Program-made: the position numbers and the translations under genes
Source: the human T2T-CHM13v2.0 reference genome, Homo sapiens
DNA length: 64,000 bases
Reading direction: 5' to 3' (one strand)
NCBI RefSeq assembly: GCF_009914755.1
Contig: NC_060929.1
Part shown: one piece after another, positions 1 to 12,420 of the stretch
Numbering within the stretch: the first letter of the stretch is position 1
How the letters are laid out: every line of letters begins with the position of its first letter
The notes under the pieces: model-generated
The model's database searches: none
The model's input: the letters and a program-made list of their open reading frames with translations, nothing else
What the model was told of the DNA's origin: nothing

Positions 1-305
1 TGGCTGTTAATCATTCCTGGCTTGTGGTTGCATCAGTGCAGTCTTCAAGACTAATATCTCCAAAGCTCTCTGCCCTGTCTCCATATGGCCCTGTTTGTGA
101 GTCTGGGCCAGGTCTCCTCTGTCCTCTCTCAGGACACATGTGATGGATTTATGGCCACCCAGATCATGCAGTCTAATCTTCCCATCTCAGAATCCTAACT
201 TAATTACATCCACAAAACACCCCTTTTTTGCCATATAAAATAACATTCACAGATTCCAGGGTTTAGAAAAATGAGTATATTTGGGGGGCCGTTTTTCAGC
301 CTATC
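1..305 (-). mobile_element. MLT1-family (MaLR) LTR fragment, cut by window edge
   Basis: Motifs cccagatcatgcagtctaatcttcccatctcagaatcctaacttaattacatc and acattcacagattccaggg...tatttggggggcc resemble the reverse complement of the MLT1 LTR 5' half. Confidence 0.75.
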
Positions 306-1149
306 GAGCTGGTCTCCCCACACTGTCAAGTAGAAATGGAGCAAGGCTGCCTGCCTCAAGAAGAAGGTAAAAAATATGTGTCCCTCACCCAGCATGTGGC
401 CCCTGGTCAGGACCAGGAAGTTAGTCTCAACCACAAAGTTCAGCAGCTAGTTTTTCCTGTGAGCTGGTTCCTGCGGGGATGCCATCTGCCCAGCCTTTTC
501 TTCCTCAATGTGACCTTCCCTTGGCTCAGGTAGACAGGAGCCTCCCAGACACAGGCAGGAATGTCACAGAGGCAATGTGTGGCTGGGAGGCATCCTCCCA
601 GGCAGGAGCAGTGGGGCAGGGTCCCAGCATCAGAAAGAGCTGGAGTGGAGGGGAACCATCCTTTGTTAGGAAGAAGCTGAAAGAGGACAACACCGTATTT
701 CAGGCCAGTTGAAATCCTGTTGGAAGTTAAAATTAAGGCTGATGGTTAAGAATAATAATCAGATATCCAAAAGAGAAATTTTTCCAGAACCAAGATCAAA
801 GTGGTATGGGGGCCTGTCCCAGGCAGAACACACATCAGAAGGTGTGAGCATGTCACCATTTGCAGGAGGATAAATAAAGGAAAGATCCAGTGTGTGTCCC
901 AATATAAAAGATGAAGATAAGACTCGTTCTTTTATTGCACCATTTGACATAATCTCCCTGAACTACTCAGCACAGTAATTGGCATATAATGTGAGCTCAA
1001 CAAACATCGTATATCATCCTCCAAGACTCAATGGACAAGCCTCTGGAAAGCATGTTCTAGGAGAATGACAAAACTGTGTATGAAATTATTTTACATCTTC
1101 TGAAAAAGCCAGATAGAGAGAAGAGAGAACAGGAGAGGAGGAGGGGAGG

Positions 1150-1500
1150 AATATCAGGGTACGAGGAGAGATGAAACAAGAACTGCTGAAAACAAAAATA
1201 AAAAATCAATGATGACAGTGGATAAAGAATAGAGTGAATATTTAGCAGAGAATAAAGTCACAGATGTTGAAGGCAAAATCCAACCAGTAGAGGGAAATAA
1301 TAGAATTGGAAATTATGACAGGGAAGACAATGGTGACAGACGTTAGAGGATCAAGATCCACCTGCTAATTGTAAGCACTGCTAGGAAGAAACAAGCATAG
1401 AAAAACATGCTTAGAAGCCTACAAGAATTAGAGCTAACTCATAAAATAATTGGAAAAAAAATGTTTAGAGAGCTCAGATCAAATTATGGGCTACACAAAA
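1150..1500 (+). mobile_element. Highly decayed ancient L1M ORF1-like fragment
   Basis: Strongly A/G-rich sequence with L1M ORF1-like texture; recognised by eye only. Confidence 0.35.
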
Positions 1501-1504
1501 ATTA

Positions 1505-1878
<374 letters not shown>

Positions 1879-2559
1879 TTAATTTCAATAAGTATTTAGG
1901 AAAAAGTTACAAAAATTGTTGGAAGGAATAAAAATTTTACCATGAATGAAGGTGACCTAGAAAATAATTCAATTAAGAATGTAAGAATCTGGAAGATAAT
2001 GTGTGAAAGTAGGATATGAATTTATTTCATTAAACAAACTCTCAAATGTGACGAGGTGTCATAAGTGTAGTTTAAAATGTTATCACACATTTTCTGAGGC
2101 AGTTTACATATTCAGCAAACATGATATTATGATATTTGTGTTCTATTATCCTAGATAATACTTAAAAAGAGAAGATAGTGAACAGGAATGGATTAGAAAA
2201 TAATTTTTGAAATGGTAAATTCACATAGAAATCCAAATATTACTTCACTTTTAACTTATTATGTAATTTGTTAATTAATGAGACGAATCAAAATAATTTT
2301 AAAGGGAAACTAAGTAACCACTAGTAAAATGTATCTTTTAAATTACTAGAGTTCTTCGCAATAAAACTTAGTTTATCCGGCAAACGGTAGAAAATTAAGG
2401 AAAACAGTTGAAAAACATGAAAAAGAGAAAATGCTGGATAAAATGAAATGGCACAGTATCTGTGGGTATACATATATTTATTGTCACTTTCTCTGAAAAA
2501 AAAAAAACTTACTATAGGTTAAAAAAAAACCCTCTGAACAAAATTCTAGAAAGAGACCC

Positions 2560-2935
2560 ACTGTTGAGCCAACCACCCCACATCTCAGTAGCTTAAAACA
2601 AGAACTGTGTCTTAGCACACACAGGTTGGTACCTGGCCAGTGGTCAGTTATTCCAGGCTGGTCTTGGCTGGAGCAGCTCTGGTCCTCACTGCAGGTCAGA
2701 GGGTCAGGGGGACAGGCCTGAGGGGACAGGTAGAGACAGCAGAAGCCTTTTTGGGCCTGTGCTTGCAGTTAGCACACTCTCAAGTCCAATTATTTTTCCG
2801 TTGGCCAAAATAAATGATATGGCCAAGCACCCAACTAAGATGCAGCAAGTGACACTTCATCCATGAAGAGGCCATTTCAAGAGAACAGATGCTTAGGGAG
2901 ATGATGAACTGGGGCTAAAAATAAAATGTATCACA
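2560..2935 (-). mobile_element. Old MLT1 (H/I/J-like) LTR
   Basis: aaccaccccacatctcagtagcttaaaacaa and ttggccaaaataaatgatatggccaagc resemble old MLT1 motifs. Confidence 0.55.
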
Positions 2936-3337
2936 CTCACCTAAAAATTTCAGGCAGTTACTGAAAACAGGAGATATGTAAAGATATATCAGGAAAAAAA
3001 GAAAACAGAGGTAACAATTTTAACTTAAGATGAAATCTAATTTAACATGCAAAATTATTAGATTAGACATGGCTCTTTTATTTATAAAAGGTGTAATTCC
3101 CTGTGAAGAATAGCCCTGATCTTTTGTTTGACAAGTCATATAGGATCAAGACATAGAAAGCAGAAAGAACATGGACATAAAAACAGCTACTGCACAGACT
3201 CCCGGTGGGCCACAGCATCTCAGCATGATGGAGGACACCCAGGTAGCCCTCACTCATCAGTGGGTGCTGGGTTAACTGGGTGCTCTGTAGAGATGAGGCA
3301 CTTTCATCCTCTCAGCAGTCCTAGGAGGAGGCTCCTG

Positions 3338-3580
3338 GTATGGGATGAAATCCAAAATTCATTTGGTGAAGTCCTAACCCCCAGTACCTGAAGATGTGAT
3401 CTTACCTGGAAATAAGGGCCTTGAAGATGTAATCAGTGACGATGGGACCACAGTGGAGTAGAGGAGGCCTGAATCCAACAAGAATGTGTCCTCATAAAAG
3501 GGGATTTATTTGAGCAAAGACTTGCTCCCAGGGAAAAGGCCATGTGAGCACAATGGAAGGGATAGGAGACAATGAGCCAC
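3338..3580 (+). mobile_element. MLT1B/C LTR 5' part (left arm of the inverted duplication)
   Basis: aaaattcatttggtgaagtcctaacccccagtacctgaagatgtgatctta...gtcctcataaaagggg matches the MLT1B/C start. Confidence 0.85.
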
Positions 3581-3860
3581 TGCTGTAGACCAGTGACCCT
3601 GAAAGGTGGTGTTCAGGAGGACAGTGGTTGGTTGTGTGCTCCTCCAAGCAGGGGACATCAAGCCTATCAGACTGGCTGGGCTCCCCTGCCCCAGCACTGA
3701 GAGAGGCTCACCAGGTCAATGCCAAGGGCCATCATGATGTTGTGGTAAGAGCTTGTGCTCTGCAGCTGAGCACCACCTTTATTAGCTGAGACACACTGGA
3801 CAAATCAAACAATAAAACCAAGCCTCATTTTATTGGTGAAAATGGGGTAATGATGAGAGC

Positions 3861-4295
3861 TGTACTAGTTTGTCAGGACTGCTGTAATATAGTATCATAA
3901 ACTGGGTATCTTAAGCAACAGAAATGCAACATCTCACAGTTCTGGAAGCCAGAAGTCTGTGGCCAAGGTGTCAGCAGGGTTGATGGTTCTGAGCACTGTG
4001 GCTGGCCTTTGGGTGCCTTGCTGATACCAGGATCCTGGAGTTCCTGGGCTTGTCAGCTCGTTCTCCTTATCTCTTTTCTCCTGCTCACATGACTTTTTCC
4101 CTGTGAGCATGTCTTTGCTCAAATTGACACCCTTTTAATGGGGATATATTCATGTGGGATTCAGGCCACCTCTATTCCAATGTGGTCCCATCTTCACTAA
4201 TGACATGTGCAAGGCCCTTATTTCCAGGTAAGGTCACATCCTGAGGTACTGGGGCTTAGGACTTCAACCCATGAATTTCGGATTTCAACCCGTAC
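3861..4295 (-). mobile_element. MLT1B/C solo LTR inserted into a MIR
   Basis: tgtactagtttgtcaggactgctgtaa...ctcacagttctggaagccagaagtct...aaggtcacatcctgaggtactgggg; MIR-like halves at ~3740-3860 and ~4296-4370. Confidence 0.85.
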
Positions 4296-6661
4296 CAGGA
4301 ACCTCCTCATAGGACTGCTGAGAGGATGGAAATGGCTTATCTCTGCAGAGCACTTAGCTCAGCACCCAGTGATTAGGGCTACCTGGGGTTGGCCATTAGG
4401 CTGAGATGCTGTGGTCCACGGGGAGTCCGTGCTGACCTTGTCCTGCACATTCTAATTCATTTCCCTCAGACTCTCACAGAGATTGATCAATAACTGAGGA
4501 TGCCAAGTTATTTATTAATTATAGAATTACTTGAATAAAGAAGTTGAATTATAGATGTAACTAGCAATTTAGTTTCTGAAAAATATAAAATATGTTTTTT
4601 CTTTAACACACCTATGAAACATCTACAGAAAGCCCTCATGGGAGAGGATGTGAACAGCACGTGATCACTTTCAAAGAGCAGAAACTTTCCAGACTTTTGC
4701 TTTTGCTTCAATGCAATGAAACTGGGATTCATTGTAAACAAATTCGTAACTCACTGGGGGATTTAAAACCATGCTTCCAAATGTCTATTAGGTCAATTGA
4801 AAATGTTCAAAGGCCTTAAAGAGCATGCCTGGTAAATAAACAGGGAAAAACATTTTAAAGATAAAAGGATTATGTCTACAAAAGGAAGACTGGGCAGTTG
4901 GAATGGTGTCTTGGTGTCTTGGTCTTGTAGTATAAAGCAAAATCACTGAGGTTTGACCCTGTAAGGGGAACCTTGGTCCCTGGTTATAAGACTAAGTCAC
5001 AACATGTGAACTGGAGAAATTGTCAAACCTTCCTGGCAAGTCAATGTTATTGCAAAATAAAGAGATGCACCTGGATTTCTTTCCTTTTATCCAGTGTTCC
5101 CAGTCTCTCAAGCCTTGATTCAGAACCTGCCTCAGTCAAAGTAGGTTAAATATACTGAAATTCAGCCCTACTGGTAGAATTGTCTCTGCAAGTAAATGGG
5201 GACTATTTATTAACTACCCATTGTTCTAAGAGCTGTTCATATTCAAGGAAAGATTTGGTCCCATGAAAAGAACATAATGATCACATGTAGCTTAATGTCT
5301 GGCTATAATAAAAATAAATCAATGTTGAGGGGTTTAGGGCACAGGAAGAGAGAAGTTCCGGAAGGAGTTTGCTTTTAAAGTTGAGTCAAGGAGCTATTCC
5401 TTAAAAAGGGTGAGTCAGTATATTGAAAGCACATATGAGTTTGAAATTTAGGCTGCATTACAGAATGAAAATAATGAATATGATACCTGTGTCAGATAAA
5501 TTAAGCATTCCTATCAAAATATCTACTAAAGTTTAAAACACCATGAAATATGTTCCCTGTTGACATATTCAAAGAAAAAATAATATTCCTTTCCTTTAGT
5601 TTTTATTAAATTTTTAAGTGATTAAATTGCAGCCACATATCACTTTACAGCTTATCAAAGGTCCCCTGAAATAGCAAGAGAACTACATGCATTGCACTGC
5701 CTGCAACTTTGAAGTTGAAAAGGTGAGATCAAGTTGAAAAATACACTCTTGTGATAAGATTGAATGTCCAATCCAAAACAAGCCAATGGGATGATTGTGC
5801 CTTTGGAAGCATGTCATGTTAACTGACAGGATCCTGGAAATATCTGAGAAGGAAGGATCCTTTCCAAACAGAAAGGGAAAATCTGGTCCAGGATTCCTTT
5901 CTGGCTCTGCAGGATTAGATGTGGGAGGGGAGAGAAGAATGCTATGAAGGAAGGTGGAGGGAATGATAAAAAGATAAACTGGTACTCACAAGTTGAAATA
6001 TAGCATTGATCTAGTTTATATTTACAATGTGTTAAGTATTAACACGTGAGAAAAATATTAAAGCAAGGTATTTATTAGAAGAAATATAAATAAAAAAGCA
6101 ACAGGTTGAGCACTCAAAATTAACTACAAGCAACTTAGCACCACTACACTGCACAAAAAAATAACGTGAAAGAAATATAATCATTGCGTTAAACAAATGT
6201 TCATAGTATAAAGGAAGGCTAAAAGTTCACGAAGGAGGAAAAGTATCCCTCTGATGTTGCTGAAAAAACGCGTAGATGGTTCTGCCCAGAGCTGCGATAC
6301 GATCGGCACAATGTGTTCACCATGTCCATCCCACATGCTGCAGAGAATACTGCATATTTTGGGACTTAGGTTTATAAGACATAAAACAGAAACAAGAAAC
6401 TGGGAGTCGGTTGTTAGTGTAATTCTTAGGGCGGCAAAACCAAAGATGACCTTAGTTCAAATCACTTGTCAGCAATTGTGTGGACCCTGTTGACTGCTTT
6501 TTAAATTGTATTTCTCAGTGTAATTAAGAGGTAAAAAAAAAAAATAGTTGATATTTAGGGAAGAAAATGTATTGGGATAAGACACTGTAGGTATCTTAAT
6601 TTTTAAAGAGTTTTTTAAAACTGAATATTTTAGGTTTAAGTATGGAATTGTGTTTTAATCA

Positions 6662-6974
<313 letters not shown>

Positions 6975-7029
6975 AAATATAGAATTTTAATACTAAGCAT
7001 ATATACTGCCTTTTTAGAGCCATATTATT

Positions 7030-7305
7030 TATATTAGTCAGCTTGGGCTGCCATAAGAAAGTCACAGGGGCTGGGTGGTTTAAACAACACAGATTTCTTT
7101 TCCATAGTTCTTGAGGCCAAGATCAGGGTGCCAGCAGGGTTGGGTTCTGGTGAGGGCCCCCTTCCTGGCTTGCAGATGGCCTGCCTTCTTGCTGTGTCCC
7201 CCATGACTTAATGACCTCCCAGAGGCCCCATCTCCAAACACCACCACATTTAGTGTTATAGCTGCCACACGTGAATTTGGTGGGACACAGTTTAATCCAA
7301 AAAGC
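7030..7305 (-). mobile_element. MLT1A-like LTR, internally deleted
   Basis: tattagtcagcttgggctgccataagaaa...ctgggtggtttaaacaacacag...ggttctggtgagggcccc...gaatttggtgggacaca. Confidence 0.8.
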
Positions 7306-7400
7306 TATTGTTACTGAAGCTGGAAAAATGTAAATGAAATATTTTTATTTTATATTACTAAGTTATTGGTCCATAGATTGTGCTGGCCTCCACAAAGTGT

Positions 7401-7908
<508 letters not shown>

Positions 7909-7912
7909 AGAT

Positions 7913-8232
7913 CTGTGCTGAGCAATGCAGTAGCCATTAGCCACACACTGCTCTTGAGCCCTTGAAAGGTGGCCGGTCCAACTGAGGTGTGCTATACATG
8001 TGAAATACACAATGGACTTCAAGGCTTAGTAGAAAGAAGGGCTCTATCTTGATTATATGTGAATGGTGATATGTTAGATTGGGTTATAATGCATTAGTAA
8101 ATAATGCATTTTTAAACTTACTTTCACCCTTTTACTTTTTTATCTTTTCATGTGGCTGCAAGAAAAATTTAAATGGCATAAGTAGCTCCCATTTGCAGTT
8201 CTTACAATATTTCCAGGGGGCAATCCTGGTCT
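7913..8232. mobile_element. MER33-like hAT-Charlie DNA transposon remnant
   Basis: gtagccattagccacac...ttgaaaggtggccggtccaactgag...aaatacacaatggacttcaaggcttagta...atgtggctgcaagaaaaatttaaa. Confidence 0.65.
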
Positions 8233-8793
8233 AGAGGAGTTCTGATTTTTTTTTTTAATCTGTCTTTTGAGCACTGGTTTTAGAATGAGCTCCAAAGTTA
8301 CAAAAAATGACAAAAAGTGAGAAGCATGTTTATATACTATTCTTTAACAAAACTGTTTAACCTTAATAAACCTGAATGCAGATACTTCAGAGTACTTGAA
8401 ATATCAATTTAGTAATCTTAAGTTGGAGATTTCTTTCCCTTGGCTCTTGAAGAATTAAGAAATTATTTTGACAATAATTGAGAAGTTGAGAAAGAGCTAG
8501 AGGGAGCTGATATTGCTCCTGCTAAGAGAAGAAAACAGCAGTGCTGGATCAAGGAAGAGGGAACCAGAGACGCTAACGTCAGGAGCATGACTCTCAGGGG
8601 CAGGTGATTGTCAGGGTCCGCGTACCTGAGATCAAAGAGGTGCCTGTCCCAAAGAGGATGCAAGGGCAGGGATCCAAAGTTGACTCGGTGCCTGGGGCTC
8701 TGAGATAAAAAATGGAGCAATAAAGAACAGGAAGCTGACAGATGGGACCAACGGGTAGCTTAACTAGCCACAGACAACTGTTTTTAAGACCTA

Positions 8794-8961
<168 letters not shown>

Positions 8962-9719
8962 CGCATTATTAAACATTTTCGTTTTGCTTTGGATTTGCTT
9001 TTGTTTTTGCTTTTGTATTTTCTCTTTTATAAATGCAAATCAGGTTAAGCACGCAATGAGGAATGTTTTGGCTACTTGTATTCATTGGAGGACCTCTATT
9101 ATTGATACATAGAGTTGGGCCTAAGATTACCCATACTCCTTAAGATGAAAATACGCCGAGTCAGCGTGATGAGCCCCCAACTTAAAAACCTGCGATAATT
9201 AAAATCTGCGTGTGGCCTCAGCTGATGTCTCACTCTTGAGCAGTGAGCCACTCATTCCCTGTGAGCGGCATGCTACAGGATAACTCCACTGTGTGACTCT
9301 ATGATCACATTTTCCTTCCTGGTTCAATAAGAATTTTTCAATACATGTGCAGTTCAACTTTTCTGGAGTTCAAGATTCTTTAATTTCTGCTTTATTTATT
9401 TTCCAAAGTGCTTTTTTTATATTCTATCCATTTTTTTTTTAATTATTGATACTCAGGTTTATAAGACAGGGTGTAAGTTAGCAGAGACAGAGATCATTTT
9501 GTCATTTGTAACAATTAGTCCTGTAGCTTAATTATGGCTGGCAAAAAATAATTGCTCCCCTAAAACAAATTATAGTTGTGAGGTCAAATCCAAGAGCATT
9601 TTCACGAGACCGTAACCTGCAGGCCCAAGCCACAAGTTTAGTAAGGCTGTAGTTTACAGCTCTCGCAGACATGATGTCACCAGCCTTGTGTGAGTGCATG
9701 GTGGCACAGACAGAGGTCA

Positions 9720-9960
9720 CACACTGTCACACACTGATACACATGTACAGGATGACAGAATCACAGTGTCTCACTTACACATGCAGGCACACACGTGCAC
9801 AGGCTTGCACACCATACACACTGTCACACACTGATACACATGTACAGGATGACAAAATCACACAGTGTCTCACATATGCAGACACACACATGCATAGGCT
9901 TACACACCTTATACACTGCCACACTTCTGTGTGCACGGACACGCACTGCCACACTCACAC
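9720..9960. repeat. CA-rich tandem repeat, ~96-bp period, ~2.3 copies
   Basis: acactgtcacacactgatacacatgtacaggatgaca recurs at 9721 and 9818; degenerate third start acactgccac at 9913. Confidence 0.85.
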
Positions 9961-10120
9961 ACCAAGAAACACTCAAGCATACTCTAGTGAACCAGTCACC
10001 TGGGGAGATGGGGCATCCTCTGCTTCAAGTAGATTTAAATGCTGTTAGTGAAAGTGAGTGGAAAACTTGAAGTCTGAGGAACTGAGCAAGTGTGGCTCTT
10101 GGAGTCTGCATCCTTAGATT

Positions 10121-10620
10121 CAGCTGCTCCTGGACTGACGATATGTGTGCCAGTGTGTGACCTCTGATGGGGGTGCCTCCCAAAAAGCCCATCTAAGTTG
10201 AAAATACCAAAGTTGAAAATGCGCTTAATACACCTGACCTACAGAACATCCTAGCTTAGCCCGGCCTACCTTAAACGTGCTCAGAACACTTACATTGCCT
10301 ATGCTTGGGCAAAATCATCTAGCACAAGCCTATTTTATAACAAAATTATTATAAAGAATTTTGGGCTTGGCATAGTGGCTCATGTTTGTAATCTCAGCAC
10401 TTCGGGAGATCAATGCAGGAGAATCACTTGAAGCCAGGAGTTCAAGACCAGCCTGGGAAGCAAAGCGAGAGCTCCTCTCTCCAGAAGAATTTTTTTTCAA
10501 AAGAATTTTGAATTAAAATTAGGAGATTCAAATACAGTTTCCACTAAATCATATCACTTTTGCAGGATTGTAAAGTCAAAAAGCAAAAGTCAAACCATCT
10601 CAAGTCCGGGACCGTCTCTA
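10121..10620 (+). mobile_element. MER47A-like (TcMar-Tigger) MITE, interrupted by a FLAM
   Basis: aagttgaaaatgcgcttaatacacctgacctacagaacatcctagcttagcc...aaacgtgctcagaacacttacatt; 3' end aaccatctcaagtccgggaccgtct. Confidence 0.8.
10364..10499 (+). mobile_element. FLAM_C / AluJ left monomer
   Basis: ggcttggcatagtggctcatgtttgtaatctcagcac...ggagttcaagaccagcctggg; TSD aaagaattttg at 10353-10363 and 10500-10510. Confidence 0.88.
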
Positions 10621-11779
10621 TCAGCTTCAATTCCAGCTCTCCGTGGCAGTTTCAGCAGAATGAGCCTGAGGCTTCCAGTGCTCAGAGCCACAAAAGCCAC
10701 TCCCAGACCCTGCAAACGTGGGCCATGTGGAGACCGCACATTTTCAACTTGTCACCAAGGCTGTGGCTTTAGCCACACAATGACTAACATCCCTGAATTT
10801 CTACAATAAAACCAGAACCCTAAAATTATGTCTGGGTTTCACATTTCCTAGAATCCTGATGCTAAATTTTATTTTGATTTTCTTTGGAATAAAGTTAGCT
10901 TTGTTGATAAAAATAAGATAATGTATGAGAACAGTCCATTAAACTTTAAAATGGCAGGCACATTGAAATGACTGAAACTTAGACTATTGTCCTCGAAGAC
11001 AAGCCTATTCATCTCTCATCCCTCACAACAACAAGCACGGTCCCTCCACAGAGCAAATGCGGAATGAATTTTGCTGTCACGACAGCAGTTGCACCACCGA
11101 CCTAATGAGTCGGTGCTCATGAGCCGACTGCTCGTGAGTGCTGGTAACATGAGTGAACAGTGTCCTGTTACGTGTTCGGTGGAAACCAAGAAGGGAAATT
11201 AGCTATTATCCCTCGTGATCCTTTTCTGAATCTAATGTTATTAAAATTGAGCTTGGAAAACATTTCATGTAACTACTAAAATTTATGTCTCTTATCAAGC
11301 AAAACATATAATATCCCTAACCTCTGTGCATTACCCCAAAATTGTACTCTTGAAATTCACTTCCAAATTTCCTAATGTGTAGACAATGTAGTGAGAGTGA
11401 GGAATTCCTGAAGGTTACTATTGTACTTTCTTAGACTGGGTGGCAGCGCTTGGGTCTCCTGAGGGTTCCTTGAACCTGCGTCTACAGACGCATTCCTGAT
11501 GCCAGAGAAACGTAGGGTGCTGCGTTCAGAGCAGGTGGGCGTTTAGGGGCACACGGGCCGTGCAGGGGCTTCTGATAGGAAGCCTCGCTCTGCTATCTGC
11601 TTCGAAGCTTTTACTTCCTGTTGGCATTTCAGGGGTGCAGATCTTGACATATGAAGCGTTTTCCTAGCTACCCTGGTATTACCATGAAAAGCAACACATG
11701 GAAATTAAGGAAGCCATTCTCTAAGATAAAAGATACACCATACCCGGTGAGAACAAATCCACAACAAATGTGACTAAGA

Positions 11780-12420
11780 TCCCCAAATAAAGGACTGGTA
11801 AATCAGAGAAAAAAAATAGAAACATAGAAAAACAAGCAAGAAATAAAATGGGCAAAGTGCAGAAGAAGACACATACATTGGTGATAATTATTGAAAAAGA
11901 TGCACAACCTCACCAGTGATGAGCTAAGATAGGCAACTTGAACACGGTAGCAAGATAAATGCCCATGCCCTCATCTGAACAGGAGTTCACACAGCCCTAG
12001 CCATAGGTGATGAGGATGTGGGAGTGTGAGCACTGCTGCGTACTGCTGAGGAAACCGCATGGAAATGCACTAGTGCAGAATTGGGCAATAACTATCAAAG
12101 GATAATGTGAGCATGGTGTGTGACTCAGATGTCCCAGCCCCCAGAATCTTTCTTATATGAGCTCTGACACACATACAAAGCTGTCATTACAAGGACACTC
12201 ATTGTTGCATTATTCATAACAGCCAAGAAAAACAAAAAAAGAAGAGGAAAACAATAACTGTAGATCAAAACAGAATTAAATAAGTTAGAATGTATTTTCA
12301 CTCTAGATGACCACTACATGTCCATTAGAGGAAAGAAACATGTATGCTGGCAAGGAGAGATGTCTCGTAATTCAATTAAATCTCGAAAAAAGGCAAAATG
12401 AAGGAAAATAGAATGGAATA
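11780..12420 (+). mobile_element. Ancient L1M (ME/MC-like) 3' fragment
   Basis: aaaatgggcaaag...tgaaaaagatgcacaacctcaccagtgat...ggtgatgaggatgtgggag...ttgcattattcataacagccaa. Confidence 0.6.

Larger units (their letters stand above)
3192..4432. repeat. Long imperfect inverted duplication; arms ~3192-3578 and ~4055-4432
   Basis: Manual alignment of 3313-3492 against the reverse complement of 4141-4320 gives 155/180 identical, ungapped. Similarity continues outward through MIR-derived and unique sequence. Confidence 0.93.
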
